Made by a program: the position numbers and the translations under genes
Source of the DNA: Podarcis pityusensis
Taxonomy: Eukaryota
Assembly (NCBI GenBank): GCA_964106645.2
Contig: OZ067038.1
Length of the DNA: 64,000 nucleotides
Strand: one strand, 5' to 3'
The notes under the pieces: model-generated
Told to the model about the DNA's origin: nothing
Databases searched by the model: none
The model's input: the letters and a program-made list of their open reading frames with translations, nothing else
Shown: in pieces, positions 53,308 to 64,000 of the stretch
Layout of the letters: every line of letters begins with the position of its first letter
Position numbering within the stretch: the first letter of the stretch is position 1

Positions 53308-55512
53308 TATTTGATTTTCAGAAGATTGCTAAATGCACAAACCCTGTGTCTTCAATCTACAGATTTGGCTTTTCTTTGGACAAACATGGGTATCACTTAG
53401 GTGTCAAGTAAAATCTTCTTCCATTAAGCTCCCCACTTATATACCTCATCAAACCCCTCCTTAATGCAGGCCCATCCATAGAATTTGAAAACCCACTTAA
53501 TATCTACCCATATTTTTCGCTGTGTTTGGCTAGTTGACACAGCTCCAACGATTTCCTCTACCTTCCACACTACTCTCAAGGATTGCCCTAACATTTTCCA
53601 TTGCTACAGGATCAGCTATCAAGAGCTAGAATAGGGAAACTTTGCTTACATGGCAGTCGTCTTGGGTTTTAAAAACACAAGGCTATGCTCAAACCACTTT
53701 GCTTTCTCTTATAGACAAGGGCTTATTCTCTTCACTGTCTGTGAATGTGTTTATTATAATTGCTGTCCTGCATATATAATATATGGCAAATTTACATTAG
53801 TTACTGTGCATTTAGTTTGTATGGACTTTCTCTTATAATAAGTCATGCTTTTGTGTTAGTCTGTGAGAGTGTGTAAGTAAGGGGTGGCATAGGTACACAT
53901 TTAGGACAATGTACAGTGGTTTCTACACACAAGCTGAGGGATTGTGACTGGCCCAAGGTCACCCAGTGAGCAGAAATTTGAACCCTCACCTCCCATCCTC
54001 ACTGTATACCACACTGACACTCTCTCTCAAAATGTTGATTTAAAATTTTACTCCACTCCTATTTAAGGGCTAATACTACTGGCCTGCATTACAAGATTAT
54101 TGTAAAATTACTCCAACAATGCATGAGGAACATACTAAGGCCATAATGGTGTTGTAAGTGTTGTTTATTATAATGAATAAGTGATAAGCCTATTTGGAGG
54201 TAATTGTTCTCTACTATAAGCCACAAAGTCTAGTATATATCTAGGCAACAACTGTTTACAATAAATAATTCTCAAATCCTTGGAAGCTTTAAATAAATAA
54301 CACCCCTTCCTTCTCCTTACTTTTATTTGCTCATTAATGGATTTAGTTTATCTGAAATATGCTGTTATTTTAGACTATGTCAGCAGACATTCAAATCTGA
54401 TAATCAACACACAGTGTAGCGAGTACCCTTAAATTTACATTTAAATGAATTCTTTTTAAAAAAATGATGTTTGCAGAAGCAGTCAACCAGAAACAATTTG
54501 TCTGGCTTTTGAGTAAGCCTAAAGTAAATATTTTTTTTCTTAATCTGTGTGTCTGTCTGCATTGATTTATGTACTATATTGTTTTCAAATACCCAACTGA
54601 AGTTATTTTAGGATCCATAGAGTTTATTCAATACCAATAAGAAAAGAATCACCATTATTGCTGGGGGGTTTTCATTAAAAGCTTTGTATTTATTTAATAG
54701 TCTGCCTACTATAAATGTGCTCAATGAAAATTCTATTTAAGATGCATGTGATTTTCTTTCTTTTGCTGTTTGACAGATCTTGTTGTACAAATGAAATACT
54801 TTAGTATAATATAATAATTCATTGTATCAGAACTGTTCCAAGGCTCTCTTCTGGCTCTTCCAATTTTACAGTATTTGTAAGAAAAATTTAAATACTTCAT
54901 GGCTTTCAATCTTTTTATTAGTTTACAACTTTGTTTTTGCGCTTTTTATTAATGGTGCATGTTGTGATTTAAATATGGGCATAGCCAGGATTTTTGTTGC
55001 GGGGAGGCAGAACCTCAGATTTGTATGGATTTTGATTGATTTAGGTGGGCAGCTGTCCCCCCTAAATTATGGCTGTAACGAGTTACATGCCATGATGTGG
55101 ATACAATTAAAAATATAAATAAGAGCCTCCTCTTTGAAGGTTATGAAAACAATGCAAGGCACAGAAAGCGCTTTCTCAGAGGGTGGCTCAAAAAACTCTG
55201 GAATGCTTTGTCCAGGGTGTATTCATTCCTGCTTATTTTAGAAAGCTTTGTAAAGCTGGTTTCAGCAGGCCTTTAGGGAGCTTTAAAATTGTACACAATA
55301 GCACTGGCTGCTATTTTGATTGTCTGATTAGGGTAGTTTTTATTACAACATAAATTTTCATTATATAGTTTTATTCTGGGTGTTGGCTGCCCTGAAGTGT
55401 CTAGAAGAAGCTGTCATTTTTTAAAATAAAAAAATGCAGTTGGTGTAGGTTGCTATTCATGTTTTAAACTTGCAAAGCTTTAGGTTTGCTGCCTTATATT
55501 GATAATACTTAC

Positions 55513-55674
55513 AATATTGGCATCTGTCACCAGTATACTCAGGCTGACAATGGCAACGGGGCTGATTTCCAGCAGTGACAGTGCAGGTCCCCCCATTTTG
55601 GCAAAAATTATCACAAACTGTTTTGTTGCAGTTTGGACCTGTAAACCCCACTGTACAGCTGCATGTAGGCCTTC
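55513..55674 (-). CDS. LRP1B: LRP1B coding exon (approx. exon 84), [54 protein letters not shown]
   Basis: 162 nt; CAG/GTAAGT; overlaps ORF 55457..55651. Confidence 0.95.
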
Positions 55675-55987
55675 CTGGAAGACAGAAATTGAATTTGTAA
55701 AACTAAGTATGCATTTTTGACTGAAAAACATATAAGTGCAGTTAAGAAAAAAAAATGTATGTTACAGACCAATTATCATTCATGCCATGTGCAACTAAAC
55801 ATTTTATAATTACTACTCAAATAAAGGAAACTTAAATTTAATAACATTAACAGAAAGAATAACAGCAGATCCATAAGTGAAATGGAGGAACAATAAGTGA
55901 TTTTGGCCCCTGTTTCTGTTACGCAAATATAAAATTCTACATTTTCTTCTTGAATTCATTTAACATTTAAGGGTTATGAAGTATGGT

Positions 55988-56012
55988 TGTGTGTGTGTGT
56001 GTGTGTGTGTGT
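55988..56012. repeat. (TG)n microsatellite
   Basis: Direct observation. Confidence 0.9.
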
Positions 56013-57752
56013 TTGCTGAACAGAATGCACAGGGCCTCAATGAGGCACTTCTTGATTAGGGATCTAGTGTCTTAAATGACAGCCAATTCATTTTAAATGT
56101 GTGCTTCATTATTACAAAATAAGCAGCTGGAACTATGATACAATGTTGTAGTATCCCTACCCCCTAAGACAGCAGAGAAGGACCTAATGAGGCACACTGG
56201 GCAAACTACACTCACTAAATTACTCTGGTGGTATCACCAACCACAATACTGTAGAGGAGTCTGCCCCTTATGGCACTTCTAGCTTGGTGGACTCAATGCC
56301 CTATTTCACTTAGTGATTGTTTATATTCTTTCCTTTCTACCGAGTTTCCATTTATGCCCACTCTATCAATGATGTCATCCAAGACCAAGGTCTCCACTTC
56401 ATCCATCTTGGTATAGAGGCTTCTAGCATTAGCATATACAGACTTATAAACAGTGTCTCCCTTCAAGGGATAAAAATGAGAGCTTTCTATAGAAATAAGT
56501 GGAGACTTGTGCTGCAGTTTGGATTGGGAATCAGTGTGTCCACCATTCCCTCACAAAAAGCGTTCTGCAAAATGTGAGGTTCCCCTGAGCCACCTCCTGC
56601 ATCATGGGTGTTTCTGTTTTGGGCACACAGGTGTGATAACTGGTAACAAAATATAAGATTATAGCTTCAACATTCAATCCTATGCATGTGTACTTAGGAG
56701 TAAGTCTCATTCAGTTCAATGGTACTTACTCCCAGGTAACTCTGAGCTCCTACTTCTCCATGATCCCCTTTCCCTCTCAGCTCCTCATACCACAACTGAC
56801 CCCATTTAATAGATCTCTGTCCTTTGAGGGATTTACATGTCCATGGGTTACCAAGGAGAGTAGGAGGCAGGACAGTCAGCTTCTGCCCTCCCCCTATTTG
56901 TTACAAATATGTGGATCTAATCCTACATGTTAATGAGTTCAATAAATTCATTTCTACTGTTGTATTTTGGACACTAATTCTTGAAAAAGTAAAGTACATT
57001 TTTCATAAACTTTTGCTATTGTTAGTATTGCAGCTTTAGGTTTTAATTATGTTTGTCAGAGCTACACTTTTAATTAACAGATGACATTTTCTCCGGTCAG
57101 TTATAATAGTTCAACACAACTGTCACAAATTTATACATTTTAATTAAAACTGCCCCAAACTCTACTTACATGTTGTCCACAGAGGAATTTACCAAAGGGC
57201 TTAACTGTAAGTAAACCACTAATGAATAAATCTAAGAGTTGCCGGTGAGATTTGTTTAACAAATTAACATTGGTGTCCAGATAATGAAGATCTATAATTT
57301 ACAAGATTGTGTAGCACAATTTTAACCCCCAGCACACTATGAATATTAACCTGCAATTTGCTTAATTGTTTACTTGTTGTTATACCAAGTAATATGTCTG
57401 ATCCACTGATCGACAGGTGCAGTATCATTTGTAGACCTCCCTGTTCTACCTGACATGAAATGGGAAAGGGCCCCTGAATTGCATTCCTGTCTCCAAAGGG
57501 GAGACCCTTTTAATTAAGCCTTGCTGCCGGTTTTGGGTGCTCTATACTCTATTCGCAACATTTTTTTCTTGGGGCACATTGGAAGAATCCATAGATATGG
57601 CAGCTATTCCTGTGCATGTATATTCTTTTATCGGGATTATTTATTCCTGTATAATGCATGTGCATTTGGACATTCAAAATTGTGTATTTCATCAACTACT
57701 GAAACTTTTTTAAAAAAACAATCTTTCACTGAAAAATGGTAGAAATACTCAC

Positions 57753-57917
57753 CAAGGACAGAAGCTACACAGGTTCCTCCATTTTGGCAATAGTTGTTAC
57801 AGTGGTTAGTTTCACATCTTTCCCCTGAATAACTTGGCCAACAGTAACATCTTTGATCACCCTTTTCATTAATAACACACCTTCCTCCATTTTCACAAGT
57901 CAGCTTACATGTATCAT
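57753..57917 (-). CDS. LRP1B: LRP1B coding exon (approx. exon 83), EGF repeats [55 protein letters not shown]
   Basis: 165 nt; CAG/GTGAGT; EGF cysteine spacing. Confidence 0.95.
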
Positions 57918-58381
57918 CTGTACTTAAAGCATAAACATGCAGATCAAATTCCTATAAATGTTAAGCCAGGCATTGAAAGGAAATGAATGCTAGAATGATA
58001 TGAATCATGTGAGCTATAAGCATTTCAGAAATCTTGCAAAAATGTGCATATTTGCCTTTACAAATAATGTATGTCAGCTACTTTTCACCTTGGCAAAAAT
58101 ATGCATTGATGCAACAGGAATGATTTTGTACATTAGTGCCTCCTAACACATTTACATTTCCATATCCATAGCATGATATGGCTGTAGGAAATAATAATAT
58201 TTCTTGCTCTGATCTATTATACGACGACTGAAATGAATGTGCAATCTCAGATTTTAGCAGAGAAGCACAAGTCAGAGTTAACACTTTTCAATTCTCCATG
58301 CATTTCATGCAATTTAGTAAGTTTTTTCTGAAGTTGTTAAAGTTTTTGAAATGTTAGTTTTTCAAAACTCATCCATTCGTT

Positions 58382-58485
58382 CAGGCATAGGCAAACTCAG
58401 CCCTCAGATGTTTTGTGACCAGTGGTCAGGGATGATGGGAGTTGTAGTCCCAAAACATCTGGAGGGCCGAGTTTGCCTATGCCTA
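58382..58485. mobile_element. Internally deleted short hAT MITE (family of 16853)
   Basis: Same TIR; TSD CATTCGTT/CATTAGTT. Confidence 0.85.
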
Positions 58486-58637
58486 CATTAGTTCTTAGAC
58501 CTTTATATACAAAACCATAGGAACTGAAATTCTGCAAGGTTCTCCTGTTGGCCATTTGCCAAAAAGGAGACAAATAAGTTAGCAGCTGTACATTCATAAT
58601 CTTATTCACCTTTTCTTGAGTAAATTATAATACCCAC

Positions 58638-58763
58638 CTAAAATGCTCAAATCACTGCATGTTCCATTAAACAATGACTTTCCCTCAGGACATACACAAG
58701 CGGCACCTGAAGGGTTGAGTAAACAGAGGAACTCGCAGGTAAACTCCAAACAAGGATTGAGTG
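58638..58763 (-). CDS. LRP1B: LRP1B coding exon (approx. exon 82), EGF repeat [35 protein letters not shown]
   Basis: 126 nt; CAG/GTGGGT; six-cysteine EGF pattern; not in the ORF track, read manually. Confidence 0.93.
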
Positions 58764-59546
58764 CTGTTTGAAGAGGGAGGAAAATCAGAAATGCATAAAT
58801 GGATTATTTCTGAAATAAAGAATAAACAAATATGCCAAGGCCTTAAATTAATTAAGAGTCACGCCCTGAACAAATCTCTATGAATCAACTTGTGCTTTAT
58901 ATAATTAGCAATGCATTTAATTCCAGAAATAGTATTTTTGTCAGTGAATATTTTCTAAAGCAATCTGCTGTTCTATTACTATTTTAATAAGTATTAATAA
59001 CAGTCATCAAGTAATTCAGATTAATGTTCCTTTAAAATCCTGTGATGCAGAAACTCCGATACAGAAAAATGACAGGTTGGAGAATTTTCTACTTAGAAAA
59101 CAATCCAGTCAAAAAATTTTTTAAGTGTATAACTTGGGTTTCGGCTGGCACCTTTGCGTCTCCCCTACTTGTGGGGAAACCCGGTTTCGGTGATCCGGAG
59201 CGACGTGGGGTGAGTGGCACATGACCGACAACACAATCATATACCTGTCTCTCCAGATTAAGTTCAATGGGACTTGCTTCTGAGTTGAGATGTTTAAGAC
59301 TGCATTGTATCTCTCTTAATTATATAACTGGGCAACCATTGCATAAATGAAAACAAAGCTGAGGCCCCTAAACCTTGAGCTGTGGTCACATTTCAGCTGC
59401 ATGGGCTGTGGTACTGAGGAGCATTAGCTTCGGTATTTTGCTGCATATATTTACTTACTTGTAGCATCATCCTAGACCCTTTCTCCTAATGCTTTAATAT
59501 CTGTATGTTCCTCCTTTTGTGCACTCATCTCCACAGTTATCATGCG

Positions 59547-59931
59547 GTAAAGGTAAAGGGTAAAGGGACCCCTGACCATTAGGTCCAGTTGTGACTGACT
59601 CTGGGGTTGCGGCGCCCATCTCGCTTTATTGGCCGAGGGAGCTGGCGTTTGTCCGTAGACAGCTTCCGGGTCATGTGGCCAGCATGATTAAGCCGCTTCT
59701 GGCGAAACGGAGCAGCGCACGGAAACACCGTTTACCTTCCCGCCGGAGTGGTACCTGTTTATCGACTTGCACTTTGACGTGCTTTTGAACTGCTAGGTTG
59801 CCAGGAGCAGGGATCGAACAACGGGAGCTCATCCCGTCACGGGGATTCGAACCACCGACCTTCTGATCGGCAAGTCCTAGGCTCTGTGGTTTAACCCACA
59901 GCACCACCCGCGTCACAGTGCCACCCGCATC
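59547..59931 (-). mobile_element. Full-length Sauria SINE with 12-bp TSD
   Basis: TSD TATCATGCGGTA at 59538-49 and 59932-43. Confidence 0.95.
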
Positions 59932-60946
59932 TATCATGCGGTAGGGCTGAGCATAACACATGAGGAATTATAATATTTGATAGAAGGCCATATAAATATC
60001 TTAAGCTCTCCAACTGGGTTCTGTGCTTACAGAAGTAACTGCATCCAGTTTAAGAATAATAATTTATATTTATTCCACAGTTCAATAGGTGGGCATCAAT
60101 CACTCTATCTGTTATGTTTCAAGCACTTAGAAATATATTTATAATTAACTAAGAGTATGTTTTAAGACCCTAAATTGTGTATTATCTCTGCTTAATCAAG
60201 ATCTAAAAGTCCCAGTAGACTTTCAAGAATAAAAAGAACACTAAACCTAAGTGCTTTGGCTAGGTATCAAAATGGGCAATTAGTTTTCCCAACTTAAAAT
60301 TCTTCTTTCAATATAACTATTGGGAGTAATCTTCACTTTATATGATATGCTGTGGTAAAATAAAAAAAATGATGTATTCTTATGTCTGAAGTATTTATAC
60401 AGAATAGATTTTTTAAGTTAACGGTGCTTTGTAAAATGAAAGACTTTTTAATTTAAAAGACATTTTTTAAAATATTTCAACAATTTTACTTGGAAAATAC
60501 AATGCAGTCAGTCCAAAGATAAGTTTATCTTAATTAATTTTTTTACGCACATACCTGGCAACTGAATTATGACTATTTACAAGATAACAAAGCCAATTAA
60601 TTAGCAACTTTAAAAGTGCACACCCAACTCTTTGCTGAATATCAATGCTCGATGGGGAGACCCAAAATCAGACAAACTGCATTGAGGAAAGAAGGCAGTT
60701 GGTCTTTTATTGCAAGTGTACTGGTTACCTTTAGTTTCCCCCCCCCATGAAATGCTTTCTACCCCAACCCCCAACCCTTCTCTTCTCTTCCCCATTTTCT
60801 CATCAACCATAATACACTTGGCTACCAGTATCAGTTAAATAGCAATCTACACCACCCAAAGGCAGATCTAGTGCATCCACTTATTCCCAGGATGCTAGAA
60901 AATAACTCACTTGAGTACACGTTGCCGGCATGCGTAACACCTATGA

Positions 60947-61728
60947 AGTTGCGTGTTCAGACCCAGAGATCTCCCTTCTAAATAAAGACACACTTGACTC
61001 AAATTTTAGTTTTGGTTTTTGGCAAGCTTTAGGCCACAACTTTATTGATTACAGAAAAGTGAGTGGTTGCATAGGCTCTGGTTCGACTAGCTCCCTACAC
61101 CCTTGCAGGTAGCGCTGACCCAGAGCTCTAAAATGGGTCAGCCAAGGGTGAACACCGGAGGCAGGTGAAAAGCCTGGGAGCAGACTCTGTTCACTCCCCA
61201 GATGCTCCCCTGGACTCAGGCACAGGCACAAGCCCGTTTCAGGGGTTGACCAAACCAAGTTGAGTCCCTGCATTCCTTTAACGGAATACCCTTCACATAG
61301 GGATGGCAAGACCGTTCTCCCATCCCTATCACCTGAACCAGTGCCTATCCGCAACCTAACAAGTTGTGACGATTTGCTGCATGGCAGGTGAAACCCAAAT
61401 GGCAACAGCCAATCAGTCAAGTGGAGAAAATTCCTGCTGTGCTCCTGCGATTGACCTTGCTATGACAGATGACACAAGACGGCATAGCAAGGTCAATCGC
61501 AAAAGGCCCTAAAATTAGGGAGAGGTGGGCGGGTGTTCTGACGCACGAGCCAAAAGAGGAAGTTCTGGGTCACGTGCATGGGTTTATATAGGTCCCTCAA
61601 TCCGTTTAGACTGCAACCCCATTGGCCAGATTGAAACCCAGCATCGAGGAAACTACCAACTGGGTGCTGTGGCTATCCAATAGACCCACCTACAACCAAG
61701 AGGTCAGTCTCCAGATCTCACCGCAACA
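60947..61728 (-). mobile_element. Solo-LTR-like element C (sense to LRP1B)
   Basis: Minus strand starts TGTTGCGGTG; has GGCCAAT, CTATATAAA, conserved core and AATAAAGTTGTGGCC (61041-46); ends ACACGCAAC. Confidence 0.75.
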
Positions 61729-61764
61729 TGTGCCCTCTTTTAGGGAGGACACGATCTATCACGT

Positions 61765-61768
<4 letters not shown>

Positions 61769-61796
<28 letters not shown>
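61769..61796. repeat. (AT)n microsatellite
   Basis: Direct observation. Confidence 0.9.
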
Positions 61797-61801
<5 letters not shown>

Positions 61802-61866
61802 GTACAATGTCTTAAATTTATAAAGATCTTAAAATATTGTATTGAAAAGTAACAAAATATACTCAC

Positions 61867-62040
61867 AGTATGTTTGTTTGTAGCGATGTGAAATCAAGGC
61901 ACTTTTTGTCTTATCTGTCTCCGTATTTAGATATTCTACAGAGCCGTGACCAAATTTTTGTACTCTAAATGCACCATTTTTAGGTCCTGCTCCATATATA
62001 TAATTTTCAAAAATATCAATTCTATGGGGATGGAGTAATC
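61867..62040 (-). CDS. LRP1B: LRP1B coding exon (approx. exon 81), [37 protein letters not shown]...HRYKQ
   Basis: 174 nt; AG/GTGAGT boundaries; phase 1-1 continuous with neighbours. Confidence 0.95.
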
Positions 62041-62169
62041 CTTGAAGAAGAAGAAATGTGTACATGTCAATTTAGATGCTATCATCTGGTAACAACATAT
62101 TGCTAGTTGATATAAGCAGAATTTGGCGTGCCCAAGCAATGAAGGATTTACATGATTTCCCTGCTAGAG

Positions 62170-62233
62170 ATCATAGAATCATAGAATCATAGAGTTGGAA
62201 GAGACCACAAGGGCCATCGAGTCCAACCCCCTG
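62170..62233 (-). mobile_element. Extremely 5'-truncated CR1 tail
   Basis: Identical to the 3' end of the CR1 at 5170. Confidence 0.88.
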
Positions 62234-62296
62234 ATAGTCACCCATCAATCTGCTGCAGGATTCTGGAGGAATGTAGCAGGAGACAAAAACTGATTA

Positions 62297-62520
62297 CAGT
62301 GGTACCTCTAGTTACGAACTGAATTTGTTCCGGAGGTCCGTTCTTAACTAGTTGCATGCTTTTGCTAATGGGGCCTCTTGCTGCCGCTGTGCTGCCGGGA
62401 CACGATTTCCATTCTCATCCTGGGGCAAAGTTCTCAACTCGAGGTAACTCTTTCAGGTTAGCGAAGTTTGTAACCTGAAGCATTTGTAACCCGAGGCGTT
62501 TGTAACTCGAGGTACCACTG
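62297..62520. mobile_element. Tc1/mariner MITE (family of 8839)
   Basis: TIR CAGTGGTACCTC...GAGGTACCACTG; TA TSD. Confidence 0.9.
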
Positions 62521-63500
62521 TATTTGGAGTGCATCACAGCCCTCATCACAGAGTGCCTTCTTTGCCACTCTTAGGTTTGGAACTGATCTGGTGGATGGTT
62601 GAGCTTCTGGGAGGACCACTGTCCTTTGGGCAGGGGGACTCAAGAAGTGTAGTATTCAAGCCTAAGGATGCTAAGGACTTGTAAAGATAGATAGTGGGCG
62701 TTCTAGGGACTGTTCCTCTGAGATGTCCCCTTCACTCCATTCCTCTTCTTCCAGGTCTGCCGATTAGAATAGGTCTGGGCCAGGAGAAGGCAGGGTGAGT
62801 GGGATTTGGGTATTCCCTGTAGCCCTGTCTCTTCGAAGTTAGAATAGATCAGGGAAAGGAGAAGGCCTGGAATCTGTAGCTTAGCCCCTGAGGGGCACCT
62901 TAGATCTAAACAGTTTGTACTGAAGGAGTGGGAGAGGAGCCCATCTCTCTTGCAAAGTGACTGCTTTGTTCAGGCAGGAGCAAAAAACTGATTGGGAGCT
63001 TCCCACTTTCTCAGGGAGTTTCTTCTTCTCCCTCATGACCAGAGCCATAGCCCAACCCTGTTATACCAGGAGTAGATGTTCAAGTGTTACATTCTAATAG
63101 TTTCAAAGACTCATAGATGTACAAATACCCAAGAATATCCTGTTCATATCACAAGCCCTGCACTAAAGAAGAATTTACTTTAGCCTAACTTTCTTTGTCT
63201 AAATTATAATTTGAAAACTTGTTTTTCAAGCACAACGACCAAATGCTGCAGACTTATCTATAAAACTAAATGTATTTGCATGGTGTAGTTTAACCAAAGA
63301 ATCTGGTTTACTGCCTGTAGAATATAAATTACTTTGGGGCAGAATCCACTGGATCCCATTTTGTGCTGCCGTAGAGTGAAATAACCATTTCCAAGACGGT
63401 AACTAATTTTAAAAAGATGAAATAAACTTTAAAGCAGTATTTTGATATATGTTGTGATTCAGTTTAGGGTCTGTGGCCACTTGATTCAAATTATACATAC

Positions 63501-63617
63501 CTTGCTTACTGGTCACACATATGACCAAATCAGATCCATCAAAAAGGACACTTCCAATTACAGATAATTCAAAATCAGCCCAGAACAAGCGCTGACTGAA
63601 GAGATCAACTACAAGAC
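63501..63617 (-). CDS. LRP1B: LRP1B coding exon (approx. human exon 80), YWTD beta-propeller segment [40 protein letters not shown]
   Basis: 117 nt; CAG acceptor at 63618-20; GTATGT donor; FWAD (YWTD-type) motif; closely matches remembered human LRP1B sequence. Confidence 0.93.
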
Positions 63618-64000
63618 CTGCAAAAAACAACATTTTTGTCAAAATAATTCTCTTGAAAAATAGTAAGAAAAATAACACATACTCGCTACATAACAACAAC
63701 ACAAAAGGCAAACACAGTTTTAGAAGTTTGCTTATAAGGTTAGGTTTGTTTATATATATAAGCATGTGTCAGTAATAGTTAAATTTTATACAGAGTAGAG
63801 CCATTGAAATTAATGGAGCTAACTTATCCACGTTCATTAATTTCAGTGGGTCCACTCTGTGCAAAAACATCATTGAATACTATCCAGTATTTTTACTCTG
63901 TGTCAGTCCTCATATCCAGTACTGCGTAACACCATAAAGTGATCCAAAGAAGATCCAAACTACCTTTACTTTTGCATAACTTTTCAGCACAGGCTATGTG

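Overview
Vertebrate genomic DNA, very likely a lacertid lizard (Podarcis/Lacerta/Zootoca type), inferred from Sauria SINEs, tRNA/CR1 SINEs and lacertid-type MITEs. The minus strand from ~28.7 kb to the window end carries the 3' end of LRP1B. Twelve coding exons match what I recall as human exons 80-91 (last YWTD propeller, membrane-proximal EGF cluster, TM helix, cytoplasmic tail with two NPxY motifs, stop at 30662). All have GT-AG boundaries and consistent phases. A thirteenth, in-frame 114-nt EGF exon (51253-51366) is not in the canonical human protein as I remember it. Positions 1-28.7 kb are intergenic and repeat-rich: hAT and Tc1/mariner MITEs, SINEs, CR1/L2 fragments, a Ty1/Copia integrase remnant and Penelope ends. 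The most interesting signals are (i) three diverged LTR-like elements in LRP1B introns that share a covarying ENE-like U-rich internal-loop hairpin plus a long-range helix, and (ii) the extra EGF cassette exon, which, like the known 33-aa tail exon, is followed by a dense YCAY (NOVA-type) cluster. Nearly all ORFs in the supplied track are spurious. Exon numbering and repeat family names are from memory, not from a database search.
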